A DNA stretch of 64,000 bases from Bacillota bacterium (GTDB taxonomy: Bacteria; Bacillota; JAAYKD01), in the NCBI GenBank assembly GCA_963666425.2, contig OY762825.2, positions 896,001-960,000 on the forward strand. Direction: 5' to 3'. The translations under genes and the position numbers were made by a program. Under the pieces are notes generated by a model. The model did no database searches. It was not told the DNA's origin and saw nothing but the letters and a program-made list of their open reading frames with translations. Below, piece by piece: positions 31,160 to 41,481 of the stretch (position 1 is its first letter; every line of letters begins with the position of its first letter).

Positions 31160-32734
31160 GTGAACCACATGAGAGAAGAAACGGACCTATCACAGGAAAA
31201 ACAATCCTTCCTAACGGGAGCCTTCATCCTGACTTTAGCGAGTTTGATCAGTCAGGTGATCGGAGTATTTTCCAAGATTTTTCTACTCTGGCTGATTGGT
31301 GAAGAAGGAGTCGGCATTTATAACTTCCCCTATCCTTTTTTCGCTATTATTCTTTCCTTCTCCTCGGTAGGATTTAATGTTGCGATCTCCAAATTGGTAG
31401 CCGAATACATGGCATATCATGACCTCTATCACGCTCGGCGTGTCTTTCGTCTGGGAATGCGTCTGAGTCTTGCCTTAGGAACTGCCGGCATGCTGCTGCT
31501 CTTGATCATGGCTTATCCCATGGCACGTTTTGTGCATCAGGATATGAGAGCCTGGCTCTCTTACTGTGTTTTGGCTCCGACCGCTCTGATCACATCCTTC
31601 CAGGCCATCTACCGTGGTTATTTTCAAGGTTTACAGAATATGAAGCCCAACGCCTATTCCCAAATCATCGAACAATGTTTTCGGGTAGTGGTGATGTTGA
31701 CTGCCGCCTGGATCTTACTGCCTTATGGCTTAGAATATGCTGCCGCCGGTGCTACCCTGGGTGCCGCCGGCGGTGCGATCGCCGCTTCACTTTTTCTGCG
31801 CCACCTGTTCAATCAAGCGTATCGTCTGGCTCCGGCTGTGCAGAAACCTCAGCAAAAAGTAGCCAATAAACAATTAATCCGCCGAATTTTGAGCTACGCC
31901 GTACCAATCAGTTTGGCTGGAATGGGCTTACCGCTTTTTTTGCTCTCGGATTCCCTCCTGATCGCTAACCGCCTGCAGGCTGCCGGGGCTACCTTATCTG
32001 CTGCAACTTCAGCCTACGGCGTCTTCGCTAATAACGCGATGAGTCTGGTTACCTTGCCGACCATTCTCACCAGCTCCCTGTTCGTCACCTTGGTTCCTGC
32101 CATTGCTGAAGCGCATGCGCTGAATGACACAAAGCGGCTGCAGCAGCAGGCCCAAGGCGGCCTGAAACTGACCTTGCTTTTTGCTTTGCCGGCTGCAGCC
32201 GGCATGTGGATGGTTGCACCTGCGCTTTGTACGGTTTTGCGAATGGGTACCTCCACCACGGATGCACTGCGCACCTTGATCTTCGGTTTAATTTTTATTG
32301 CGCTGCAGCAGGTTAGTTCCGGTATTTTACAAGGTATGGGTTATTCTGTTCAGCCGGTGCGGCACATGTTCTTAGGTGCTGCGGTAAAATGTCTGGGCAA
32401 CTGGTTTTTAATTCCTATTTTTGGTTTGCACGGCGCGGCGATTGCTACCGGCGTTGGCTTTATGGTCGCAGCCCTGCTCAATCTCTGGCAGGTGAAAAAC
32501 CAAATTGGCAATATCCTTCTCTGGAAATCGATGTTTTTCAAACCTTTGCTCAGCACGGCAGTGATGTTTTTTGCTCTGGTCTTACTGCAGCGGACAGCAT
32601 GGCTGCAAAATATCGGTGCTTTCCTTGCTTTGCTTGTGCAGGCAGGAATTGGTATGATAGTCTATCTCCTTTGCATCGTGTTGCTGAAAGCTGTCACAAA
32701 AGATGACCTGAGCTTATTGCGTAAAAAACAATAA
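31160..32734 (+). CDS. MOP-superfamily flippase (SpoVB/YabM/MurJ-like polysaccharide biosynthesis protein)
   Basis: GAFILTLA, AISKLVAE, RGYFQG and SQIIEQ; many TM helices. Confidence 0.85.
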   Translation: MNHMREETDLSQEKQSFLTGAFILTLASLISQVIGVFSKIFLLWLIGEEGVGIYNFPYPFFAIILSFSSVGFNVAISKLVAEYMAYHDLYHARRVFRLGMRLSLALGTAGMLLLLIMAYPMARFVHQDMRAWLSYCVLAPTALITSFQAIYRGYFQGLQNMKPNAYSQIIEQCFRVVVMLTAAWILLPYGLEYAAAGATLGAAGGAIAASLFLRHLFNQAYRLAPAVQKPQQKVANKQLIRRILSYAVPISLAGMGLPLFLLSDSLLIANRLQAAGATLSAATSAYGVFANNAMSLVTLPTILTSSLFVTLVPAIAEAHALNDTKRLQQQAQGGLKLTLLFALPAAAGMWMVAPALCTVLRMGTSTTDALRTLIFGLIFIALQQVSSGILQGMGYSVQPVRHMFLGAAVKCLGNWFLIPIFGLHGAAIATGVGFMVAALLNLWQVKNQIGNILLWKSMFFKPLLSTAVMFFALVLLQRTAWLQNIGAFLALLVQAGIGMIVYLLCIVLLKAVTKDDLSLLRKKQ

Positions 32735-32813
32735 TTACCTCAAGATATCTTTATTAACTTGAAATAATTCAGCTCTAAAATTTATTTTTTGCTTGTTTTG
32801 CAATAGAAAAAGA

Positions 32814-32839
32814 AGGATTTTTCTGAAAAGCAATCGAAT
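32814..32839 (+). promoter_or_regulatory. Sigma-H-like promoter
   Basis: AGGA-N18-GAAT. Confidence 0.55.
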
Positions 32840-32873
32840 GTAGATCTATGATTTTAAAAAGGGAGGCAGGATT

Positions 32874-34886
32874 ATGCAGAAAAGGCTACTATTGAGAGAG
32901 GACCTGTTGTCAATTCAACTCACCGGCGATCCGCAGATTTCTCCGGAAGGGGATTGGATCGCTTATCTCTTAATGACAACAAATACCAAAGAGAATCGTG
33001 TAGAATCTTCTCTTTTTGGTGTAAAGACCAGCGGCGGAGAACCTTTCCGACTGACTTCGGGACCATTTGATACAAAACCCCGCTTCAGCCCGGATGGTGC
33101 TGAATTGGCATTCCTTTCCCGCCGCAGCGGATCCATGCAGATCTGGATTTTACCTGTACAATGCGGTGAAGCGACCCAATTCACCAACATCAAAGGTGGT
33201 ATTAGTGATTTCCGTTGGTTGCCTGCCGGTAATGGCTTTGTCTATACTGCCAACCTGGATGAAAAAGGAATCGAAAAAGAGGACTTCAAAGAGGAACAAA
33301 CGGATTATTATGCCAAATACACAGAAGACGTTAAAGTCATCGATAATCTTTATTATAAAATGGACGGTGTCGGTTATTTAACCGCCCGCAGACCGCAGTT
33401 AGTCTACCAGCAGAAGAATGAGAAACCGGTGCAGCTCACGAAAGGTCCGCAATTTGTCTATCAACTATGTGATATCGATGCAACCGGTCGCCATATTCTC
33501 TTCACCAGCCGTCAGGATGATGATTGGGGGCGCAATGCCTGGTCCAGTTATTTATATGAGTATAACATGGAAGAAGCCAGAGTACGTTACTTGGTATGCA
33601 AAGATCTGGAAGTAGATCAGGCAGCTTATAGCCCCAAAGGAGATCGAATTGCTTTTACCGCCTCGAAATCCGATACGATCGGCGGTAATATCATGTTGTA
33701 TCTGATTCCGATGCGCGGCGGCGAGCCGGAGCAGTGTGTCTCCTTTTTTGACCGCACTTTTACCAATATCTCTTTATGCGACATTCCTCTGAACGGCTCC
33801 ATGCCTTTGATTTGGGGTTGGGGTGCCAAGTCCGTCTATCTGCCGGTCAGTGATAAAGGCAATGTCTCTCTGTATAAGATTTTTGTTGATACGCAAAAAA
33901 TCGAACCGGTTGTGGCGGGAGAACGGACTATTTTCAGTTACTCCTTGAGTGCCAATTGCCGCAAGATTGCCTTTGCGGCCACTGAATTTACCAATCCGGC
34001 CGACGTTTACTTCTTTGATGTTGAACAGGAAAATATCCGTCATAAAGAAAAATGCCTGACTGATGTCAATCACGATTGGCTGGAAGAAATACAACTGTCC
34101 ACACCGGAAAAAATGAAAGCACGGGCAACCCGTAAATCACCGGAAGTTGACTTGTGGGTAATGAAACCCACCGATTTTACAGCCGACCATCCTTATCCTG
34201 CAGTTTTAGAAATTCATGGCGGTCCGATGTGCATGTATGCCAATGCTTTCTTCTTTGAATTCCAACTCACTGCTGCGAATGGCTTTGGCATCATTTTCAG
34301 CAATCCCAGAGGCTCACAAGGCTATGGCGAAGAATTTTCCACCGTCATCGCCAAGGAATGGGGCAAACGCGACTACGAAGATATCCTCTCTGTCCGCAAG
34401 CGTGCCTTGCGCCGACATAAATGGATCGACGAAAAACGCATTTCGGTCGCCGGCGGCTCTTATGGTGGTTTTATGACCGCCTGGATCGTCGGACATACCG
34501 AGAAATTCAAATCAGCGATCTGCAGCCGCCCCGTCATACATTGGGGTGCTATGTCCGGCACATCGGATGGCAATTGGGCTTGGCTGCGTCGTTTTGACAT
34601 GGTAGCGCCTTGGGAAGACGACAAGGCTTATAAGCAGCAGTCTCCTTACAGTTATGTCGATAATGTCATCACGCCCATCCTGATCGAAGTGCAGGAAGGC
34701 GACTTACGCTGTCCCTTTGAACAGGGTCAAATGTACTTTGCAGCGCTGAAATACCTGAATAAAACACCGGTCCGTTTTGTGGCATACCCCAATGAATTTC
34801 ATGGCATGAGCCGCAACGGCAAACCTTGGCATAAGGTGCATCGCTTGGCTCAGATTTTGAACTGGCTCAACACCTACGGCAAATAA
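32874..34886 (+). CDS. S9 family peptidase (acylaminoacyl peptidase-like)
   Basis: Beta-propeller repeats (SPEG/SPDG); HGGP; nucleophile GGSYGG; DLRCP; EFH. Confidence 0.92.
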   Translation: MQKRLLLREDLLSIQLTGDPQISPEGDWIAYLLMTTNTKENRVESSLFGVKTSGGEPFRLTSGPFDTKPRFSPDGAELAFLSRRSGSMQIWILPVQCGEATQFTNIKGGISDFRWLPAGNGFVYTANLDEKGIEKEDFKEEQTDYYAKYTEDVKVIDNLYYKMDGVGYLTARRPQLVYQQKNEKPVQLTKGPQFVYQLCDIDATGRHILFTSRQDDDWGRNAWSSYLYEYNMEEARVRYLVCKDLEVDQAAYSPKGDRIAFTASKSDTIGGNIMLYLIPMRGGEPEQCVSFFDRTFTNISLCDIPLNGSMPLIWGWGAKSVYLPVSDKGNVSLYKIFVDTQKIEPVVAGERTIFSYSLSANCRKIAFAATEFTNPADVYFFDVEQENIRHKEKCLTDVNHDWLEEIQLSTPEKMKARATRKSPEVDLWVMKPTDFTADHPYPAVLEIHGGPMCMYANAFFFEFQLTAANGFGIIFSNPRGSQGYGEEFSTVIAKEWGKRDYEDILSVRKRALRRHKWIDEKRISVAGGSYGGFMTAWIVGHTEKFKSAICSRPVIHWGAMSGTSDGNWAWLRRFDMVAPWEDDKAYKQQSPYSYVDNVITPILIEVQEGDLRCPFEQGQMYFAALKYLNKTPVRFVAYPNEFHGMSRNGKPWHKVHRLAQILNWLNTYGK

Positions 34887-34915
34887 GAGACCTGGCAAAG
34901 GAGTGCCTCGGAGCT

Positions 34916-35899
34916 ATGATTCGCATCGACGCAAAAGATGGTTCCTATCTGCAGTTGCTGGAGTATGGCGCTGCGATACAAAAATTAGTAATCCCAGATC
35001 GTGATGGCCGACACTTGGACGTCGTCTTGGGCTATGATACGGTTTCTGATTATCAACAGTATGACGGTTATTTCGGTGCTGTAATCGGACGCTGTGCCAA
35101 CCGGATTCGCAACGCGAGTTTTATCCTTGGGGGTAAGCAAATTCAATTGATCGCCAACGAAGGAAAGAACAGTTTGCACGGCGGTATGCATAGCTTTGAC
35201 GCCAAAATTTGGTCGGTAAGCCGGTCGGATCAAAGTGTTTGTTTTCAGCTCTGCTCTCCTGACGGAGAAGCGGGTTATCCCGGCAATCTGGAATTCAGCG
35301 TCCGCTATACTTTCAACAACAGCCATCAGCTGATCATTGAATATGAAGCGGTTTCGGATCAGGATACTCTTTTGAATCCAACCAATCATGCCTATTTCAA
35401 CCTGAGCGGACATCAGTATAATCGCCTCGACGGTCATCTGGTAGAAGTGCTGGCGGAGACTGTTCTGGAAAATGATGAAGAAACCTTGCCAACCGGTAAA
35501 CAAATTCCAGTCAGCTCTACTGTTTACGATTTTCGCACACCTGCTGCTTTAGCGGCGGGGTTGGTGCAGCCGCACAGTAATATGCTGGCCTGCAAGGGAT
35601 ATGATCATAATTATTGTCTGAACGGCAGCGGCTTCCGACGCATTGGCAGTGCCGCCTCCGAGATCAGCGGCATCTCCATGCAGATCTTCAGCTCGATGCC
35701 GGGTCTGCAGTTATATACCGGCAACAATATTACACCGCGCCGTGGAAAAGACGGCATTGAATATCATCAGTACAGCGGAGTTTGCTTTGAAACACAATAT
35801 TTCCCTGATGCAATCCATCATCCGCAGTTTCTGCAGCCGATCCTGACAGCCGGCAAGCGCTTTTACAGCCGTACCGAGTATCATTTCAGTCCTCTTTAA
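34916..35899 (+). CDS. galM: Aldose 1-epimerase (galactose mutarotase)
   Basis: GRCANRI, SLHGG, NPTNHAYFNL, GYDHNY and CFETQ motifs. Confidence 0.92.
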   Translation: MIRIDAKDGSYLQLLEYGAAIQKLVIPDRDGRHLDVVLGYDTVSDYQQYDGYFGAVIGRCANRIRNASFILGGKQIQLIANEGKNSLHGGMHSFDAKIWSVSRSDQSVCFQLCSPDGEAGYPGNLEFSVRYTFNNSHQLIIEYEAVSDQDTLLNPTNHAYFNLSGHQYNRLDGHLVEVLAETVLENDEETLPTGKQIPVSSTVYDFRTPAALAAGLVQPHSNMLACKGYDHNYCLNGSGFRRIGSAASEISGISMQIFSSMPGLQLYTGNNITPRRGKDGIEYHQYSGVCFETQYFPDAIHHPQFLQPILTAGKRFYSRTEYHFSPL

Positions 35900-36042
35900 T
35901 CTCTCTTTGCAGCTTGATACGAGTTTGCTGCAAATCCCATTGGCAAGTATCTGCACAGCGGTTCCGTCAAATTCAGGCGGAACCGCTGTTTTTCTATGCC
36001 TTGTTTCAACCCGAATAAAAAGAAACTATTTTATAAAAAAAC

Positions 36043-36068
36043 AGGATTCTACATTTGCTTTAGCGAAT
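36043..36068 (+). promoter_or_regulatory. Sigma-H-like promoter
   Basis: AGGA-N18-GAAT. Confidence 0.55.
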
Positions 36069-36118
36069 TTTCAGGATAGTTGTCTCGAAAAACTAAGAAG
36101 AATGAGAGGAGAAAATAG

Positions 36119-37909
36119 ATGAGTAAATTTCAGAATCTAAGCAGAACCTGGGATCTGGATATTTTCTTTCCGGGCGGCTGCGGTGCGGCACCTTTTCTTG
36201 TCTATGTCACCCAACTGGAATTGGATTTGGCAGCGTTCCAGCCACGGGCCAACCTGCCCATCACCGATCTCAACGAATGGGTCCCCCGCTTGCAGACATT
36301 GCAGGATTTGATCAGCCGCACTTCCTACGCCGGCGCCTTTGCCAATTGTCACAGCGCAGCAAAATCAGCCGATCTTGCCGCGCGCCAGATGAGCGGAAAA
36401 ATCCGTCAGTTAAGCGCTGTGCTGGCCAATATCAATACCGAACTGAATGCACAATTCCTGGCCATGTCGGATAGCGAATGGCAATTGCTGCTGAGCATGG
36501 ACGCACTGAAAGAGGTTGCCTGGAATTTAAACGAACGTCGGGAAAAATCGAAAACCCTGATGAGCAAAGAATTGGAATCTCTGAATAATTCTTTGGCTGT
36601 CAACGGTTATCACGGCTGGGGCAGTCTTTATACCATGCTCGCTTCCTCGCTGAAAGTCAAGGTCACGCTCAATGCGAAGGAACAGGAACTCTCGATGGGT
36701 CAACTGCAGAACCGCTTGTCCGATGCCGACCCCCAGGTCCGGCAATATTTAATGGAGGCTTGGGAAAACGCCTGGCAAAGCGCCGAAGAAAACATCGGCC
36801 ATACTTTGAATCAATTGGCCGGTTATCGTCTCAACCTTTACCAACACCGTGACTGGCCCGATTTTCTGCAGGAGCCGGTTGCTTATAATCGCATGCAGCG
36901 TCAAACACTCGACAGCATGTGGCAGACCATTGATGCCAATAAAGCAAAACTGGTCGCTTATCTGCAGCGCAAGAAACAACTGCTCGGTGTGGAAAAATTG
37001 AACTGGAACGATGTGGATGCGCCGATCGGCGGCGAGCAAACCAAAGTCTCTTTTGAAGAGGCAGCAGAATTTATTACCGACAACTTCCGCAAATTCAGTC
37101 CCAAAATGGCCGATTTCGCCACGATGGCCTTTCAGCAAAGCTGGATTGAATCGGAAGACCGTCCCGGCAAGCGGATGGGTGGTTTCTGTTCCGGTTTTTC
37201 GGAAGCCAAACAATCCCGTATTTTTGTGACGTTCTCCGGTACAATGGGCAATATGGCCACCGTCGCGCATGAATTGGGCCATGGTTATCATGGTTGGGTC
37301 ATGAAAGATATGGCACCGATAACCAAATCCTATGCCATGATTGTGGCCGAAACCGCTTCGACCATGGGTGAAATGATCGTTGCCAACGCCTCGGTAGCCG
37401 CTGCCAAGTCGGCAGAGGAAAAACTTTCCCTGATTGAAAGCAAGCTGCATCGTGCCGTTTCTCTCTTAATGAATATTGAAGCGCGTTTTCTCTTTGAAAA
37501 ATCCTTCTATACAGAACGTGAAAAAGGCGAAGTTGCCGTCAGCCGCTTGAACGAACTGATGATAGCAGCCCAAAAGCAGGCATATGCCGGCGCTCTGGAT
37601 GGTTATCATCCCCGTTTCTGGGCTTCCAAGCTGCATTTTTACAGCACCGGTGTTCCCTTCTATAACTTTCCTTATACCTTTGGTTTTCTCTTCTCTGCCG
37701 GAATCTATGCCAAAGCCTTGCAATTGGGTCCGGCTTTCGAAAATCAATACATTGATTTACTGCAGGACACCGGCCGCCTCAGCGTAGAAGAATTGGCCGA
37801 GCGGCATCTAGGTGTTGATCTGACCGGCAGCGAATTCTGGCAACAGGCGATCGATTCGGTTTTAGCCGATTATGATGAATTTATGACACTGACCGAAAAA
37901 ATGATTTAA
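36119..37909 (+). CDS. M3 family oligoendopeptidase (PepF-like)
   Basis: WDLD start; GKRMGGFC; HELGH; AETAS; FYNFPYTFG. Confidence 0.92.
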   Translation: MSKFQNLSRTWDLDIFFPGGCGAAPFLVYVTQLELDLAAFQPRANLPITDLNEWVPRLQTLQDLISRTSYAGAFANCHSAAKSADLAARQMSGKIRQLSAVLANINTELNAQFLAMSDSEWQLLLSMDALKEVAWNLNERREKSKTLMSKELESLNNSLAVNGYHGWGSLYTMLASSLKVKVTLNAKEQELSMGQLQNRLSDADPQVRQYLMEAWENAWQSAEENIGHTLNQLAGYRLNLYQHRDWPDFLQEPVAYNRMQRQTLDSMWQTIDANKAKLVAYLQRKKQLLGVEKLNWNDVDAPIGGEQTKVSFEEAAEFITDNFRKFSPKMADFATMAFQQSWIESEDRPGKRMGGFCSGFSEAKQSRIFVTFSGTMGNMATVAHELGHGYHGWVMKDMAPITKSYAMIVAETASTMGEMIVANASVAAAKSAEEKLSLIESKLHRAVSLLMNIEARFLFEKSFYTEREKGEVAVSRLNELMIAAQKQAYAGALDGYHPRFWASKLHFYSTGVPFYNFPYTFGFLFSAGIYAKALQLGPAFENQYIDLLQDTGRLSVEELAERHLGVDLTGSEFWQQAIDSVLADYDEFMTLTEKMI

Positions 37910-37946
37910 TCAGGTAATTTCTCAATAAAGCAATGAAGGAGTTGAT

Positions 37947-39749
37947 TTGATGCTGAAAGATTTAAATCCCGTCTGGGATCTGGAGCCGATTTTTCCCGGC
38001 GGCAGTGATTCCCCGCAATTAGCAGCTGAGCTTGACGCACTGAATGCAGAATTTACCGCTGTAATCGCAAAAATGAATCAATCTAAAGAACCCAACGAGG
38101 CGGTCTGGGCAGAACGATTCCAGGAAATCCAGACGCTGGCCCACCGCTTTATCCAAGTAGCCGCTTTCCTGGAATTTCTCAATGCGGCGGACACGACGGA
38201 TGTCAAGGCGCAAATGCTATTCGGCCGTTTTTTCAGTCTCTCCGGTCAGTTCGAACAGGTTTTAACGTTGGTCAATCAATTGATTTTGGCAGAAACAGAC
38301 GAACAGTGGCAGGCGTTGCTGCTGACCCCAACGTTCCAGCCTTATCGTTTCGTTTTGGACGAAATGCGCCGGCAGGCAGCGGATAAACTGCCGCCGGAAC
38401 AAGAAAATCTGATCAGCAAACTGGCTTCCGATGGTTATAAAGCCTGGGGCAGTATGTATGAACGCTTGGTCGCGCGGGTGAAGATCACTCTCACGGAAAA
38501 CGATGGCAGCACAACACAGCTTTCCGCAGGACAAGCCTACAATCGTCTCAACGACCCTGACCGCAGCCTGCGTGAACAGTTAATGCCAAAATGGGAAGCA
38601 GCCTGGCAGGATCTGGCTGACCTTGGCGCCCAGGAACTCAATTCCATGATGGGCTTCCGTTTAAATTTATATGAAGCCCGTGGTTGGGATTATATGAAAG
38701 AACCCCTTGAGATAAATCGCATCTCCAAAGCCACCGTAGATATGATGTGGCAGACGATATCGGAAAACAAAACCAAGTTGGTGGCTTATTACAAACGTAA
38801 ACAGCAGTTGATGGGTGCCGATCGGCTCTGTTGGCATGACTTTTATGCACCGATCGGTGCAGACGGTCAAAAAGCGACCTACACTGAAGCTGCGAATTTC
38901 ATTCTTGAGCAGTTTCAGGGATTCAGTCCGAAATTAGCTGCCTTTGCCGAAAAAGCCTTCCTGAACCGCTGGGTAGAAGTGGAAAACCGAGCCGGTAAAG
39001 GTGCCGGTGCCTTTTGTTCCTCATTGCCGATAATGAAAGAAAGCCGCATCTTTTCTACCTACTCCGGTAATCTCGAACATGCCACGACCATCGCGCACGA
39101 ACTGGGACACGCCTTCCATAATGAAGCGATGAAAGACCTGCCGGCGCTCAATCAAAACGTTGGCATGTGTCTGGCAGAAACCGCCTCCAACCTGAACGAA
39201 CTGGTGGTAGCGGAAGCGGCCATTCGTCATGCCAAGAACGAGGAAGAGAAATTAGCCTTACTGGCAGCCAAGATTGAACAAGCTGCCAGTGAAATGCTGA
39301 ATATTCATTGCCGCTATCTCTTTGAAGACAATTTCTGTCAAGCACGCAAAAAAGGTCCGCTTTCCGCTGCCGAATTGAATCAGATGATGCTGAATGCGCA
39401 AAAAACCGCTTACGAAAATATGCTGGACGTCTGGCATCCCACCTTCTGGCTGTCCAAAGGTCATTTTCATGGCACCAGCGTACCCTTCTATAATTTCCCC
39501 TATACCTTCGGTTTCTTCTTTGCCACCGGTATCTATGCCAAAGCAAAACAAGTCGGCGTCAGCTTTGAAGACACCTACATCGAATTGCTCCAGCATACCG
39601 GTGTGATGACGGTAGAGCAGTTGGCGATGCAGTACCTCCAGGCTGATCTGACCCAAAAGGAATTCTGGCAGACAGCCATTGATCTTTCCCTGTCGGATAT
39701 CGATGAATTCATGGCACTCTCCGAAAAAATCTTAGCTGCCAGAAAATAG
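37947..39749 (+). CDS. M3 family oligoendopeptidase (PepF-like), second paralog
   Basis: WDLE; GKGAGAFC; HELGH; AETAS; FYNFPYTFG. Confidence 0.92.
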   Translation: MMLKDLNPVWDLEPIFPGGSDSPQLAAELDALNAEFTAVIAKMNQSKEPNEAVWAERFQEIQTLAHRFIQVAAFLEFLNAADTTDVKAQMLFGRFFSLSGQFEQVLTLVNQLILAETDEQWQALLLTPTFQPYRFVLDEMRRQAADKLPPEQENLISKLASDGYKAWGSMYERLVARVKITLTENDGSTTQLSAGQAYNRLNDPDRSLREQLMPKWEAAWQDLADLGAQELNSMMGFRLNLYEARGWDYMKEPLEINRISKATVDMMWQTISENKTKLVAYYKRKQQLMGADRLCWHDFYAPIGADGQKATYTEAANFILEQFQGFSPKLAAFAEKAFLNRWVEVENRAGKGAGAFCSSLPIMKESRIFSTYSGNLEHATTIAHELGHAFHNEAMKDLPALNQNVGMCLAETASNLNELVVAEAAIRHAKNEEEKLALLAAKIEQAASEMLNIHCRYLFEDNFCQARKKGPLSAAELNQMMLNAQKTAYENMLDVWHPTFWLSKGHFHGTSVPFYNFPYTFGFFFATGIYAKAKQVGVSFEDTYIELLQHTGVMTVEQLAMQYLQADLTQKEFWQTAIDLSLSDIDEFMALSEKILAARK

Positions 39750-39770
39750 TTTAGGACTCCAGACTCACAA

Positions 39771-39846
39771 AAAAAATCCGGACAATTCCTCTCAGACAAC
39801 TTCAGCCTGCGCTGTTGCTGCCACAAGGATCTTGTCCGGATTTTTT
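39771..39846. terminator. Bidirectional terminator between convergent genes
   Basis: AAAAAAATCCGGACAA / TTGTCCGGATTTTTT arms. Confidence 0.7.
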
Positions 39847-39859
39847 CTTGTTCAAATGC

Positions 39860-41413
39860 CTAAATCACCAGCTGCAGACTGCCAATCACAAAACCAAGCA
39901 AAGCGCCAAACCAGGTGATGGCTGATAATTCTTTGCCTGCAATGCTAATGATCAGTTGTTCAATCTCCGCAATCGGGAATTCATTCAGCCTGCGTTCCAC
40001 CATGCGGGTAACATTGAAAGTGGGCAGCAGCTCGGGCAGTGTTTTCACAGCGGATTGCTGCAGCCACTGCGCTAGTTGCAGCCACTGACTTTGCTGTGGC
40101 TGCCAACCCTCCAGAAATTCACTGAAGGGTTTCTGCAGCAGCAGATCGATCTGCTGCTGCAAAAAGAACCTGATTTGCTGCTGACGCTGTTCACTCTCTA
40201 TTTCCCGCTCCAGGATCTGCCAGAGCAGAACGGGGAATTTTTCCAGAATATCCTGTGCACCAAAACGCTCCGCCAGCTGCTGCCAGCTGCAGTCCTGCAT
40301 GGACTTTAAGCTGCCGTTCAGCCAAAGATTGATGGTTTCAGCGTCGGCTGTTTTGCGCAGCCCCTGCCAAAGATAATCAATCACCGTTTGCAAGCGTTCT
40401 TCCGTCAGCAGACTGTCTTTTCGCAGCAACCGCTCACTGAGCGGTTTTTGCGAAAAATCACGGAAAGCAGCTGTCAAACGCTCTGCCAGCATCGCTTGGT
40501 TCTCATCCTGATCCAGCCAGTTCTCCGCATCTGCCAACAAAGAGATGATCATTTTCAGCATGCGTTCTTCGCTGATCAAAGCAGCTAAAATATTCAGCGG
40601 CCACTGCTTTTCCATTTGCCGTTTGGCAAATGGGGCTAATTCTTTGGGTAATTCTGCATCGGTGAGAATTTCTTTCAGCAGCACAGCCAGGTTGGCGCGA
40701 TGGTCGAACAACAGCCGGTTCAATTCGCGGCTGGTGTCATCACCCAGCAGATCGGCAAGCGTTGTCTGGTCACTTTGCCATTGCAGCCTTAGCTGTTGAA
40801 AACGCTCAATCAGATTCACTTTCACTTTTTCACGCAAACGATCTTGCTGCAGCCAATTTGCCAGGAAATCGCTGAGATAGTTGCTGCCGGAAGCGAAGAG
40901 GTTCTGCGGCGGGATCTGCTGCAATGCTTTTTGCCATTGCTCTTGTAATAGTCGTTTACATTGCTCCTGTGTGGCTTCCCGCTTTGCTGCCTTCACGAGC
41001 CGCTGGATCAGCTGCTCCGCAATTTGCTGTTTTAGCTGCTTTCTGCGTTCTTCGGGCAGCTGCTGCAGCCAGGTTTCTGCTGTCATGCCTGATGTCAACA
41101 AGGTCTGCCAGCGCAGCGCCAGGAAATTGGCTATCCCGTCTTGCACCGATGGTTCCAAAAATGTACGGCTCAATTCGGTTTCGTTGAACAAATACTGCGC
41201 GACCACTTGGCCAACCTTGTTGGAGATCTCAGCACGGCGGTTGGGAATCACCCCCGGTGTAAACGGGATTTTCAGTTTACCGATATGATAGGCCCGGTAC
41301 GGCCGGAACAACATCCGGATAGCCAGCCAGTTAGTTATCAAACCGATGACTGCTCCGATCAGAGGAGGCAGCCACCAGCCGGAAGTTGCTTTCAGATATA
41401 GAAGAAAATTCAA
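39860..41413 (-). CDS. DUF445 (YheB/UPF0754) membrane protein
   Basis: N-terminal GAVIGLITNWLAIRMLFRP...PGVIP and C-terminal ELSAITWFGALLGFVIG. Confidence 0.88.
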   Translation of the reverse strand: MNFLLYLKATSGWWLPPLIGAVIGLITNWLAIRMLFRPYRAYHIGKLKIPFTPGVIPNRRAEISNKVGQVVAQYLFNETELSRTFLEPSVQDGIANFLALRWQTLLTSGMTAETWLQQLPEERRKQLKQQIAEQLIQRLVKAAKREATQEQCKRLLQEQWQKALQQIPPQNLFASGSNYLSDFLANWLQQDRLREKVKVNLIERFQQLRLQWQSDQTTLADLLGDDTSRELNRLLFDHRANLAVLLKEILTDAELPKELAPFAKRQMEKQWPLNILAALISEERMLKMIISLLADAENWLDQDENQAMLAERLTAAFRDFSQKPLSERLLRKDSLLTEERLQTVIDYLWQGLRKTADAETINLWLNGSLKSMQDCSWQQLAERFGAQDILEKFPVLLWQILEREIESEQRQQQIRFFLQQQIDLLLQKPFSEFLEGWQPQQSQWLQLAQWLQQSAVKTLPELLPTFNVTRMVERRLNEFPIAEIEQLIISIAGKELSAITWFGALLGFVIGSLQLVI

Positions 41414-41450
41414 AACCGATCACCCGCTCATTTCATCATTGATTGCTTTT

Positions 41451-41478
41451 ATTATAACCGGGTTCTCTGCTTTGTCAA
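41451..41478 (-). promoter_or_regulatory. Sigma-A promoter for the DUF445 gene
   Basis: TTGACA-16 bp-TATAAT. Confidence 0.65.
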
Positions 41479-41481
41479 ATT

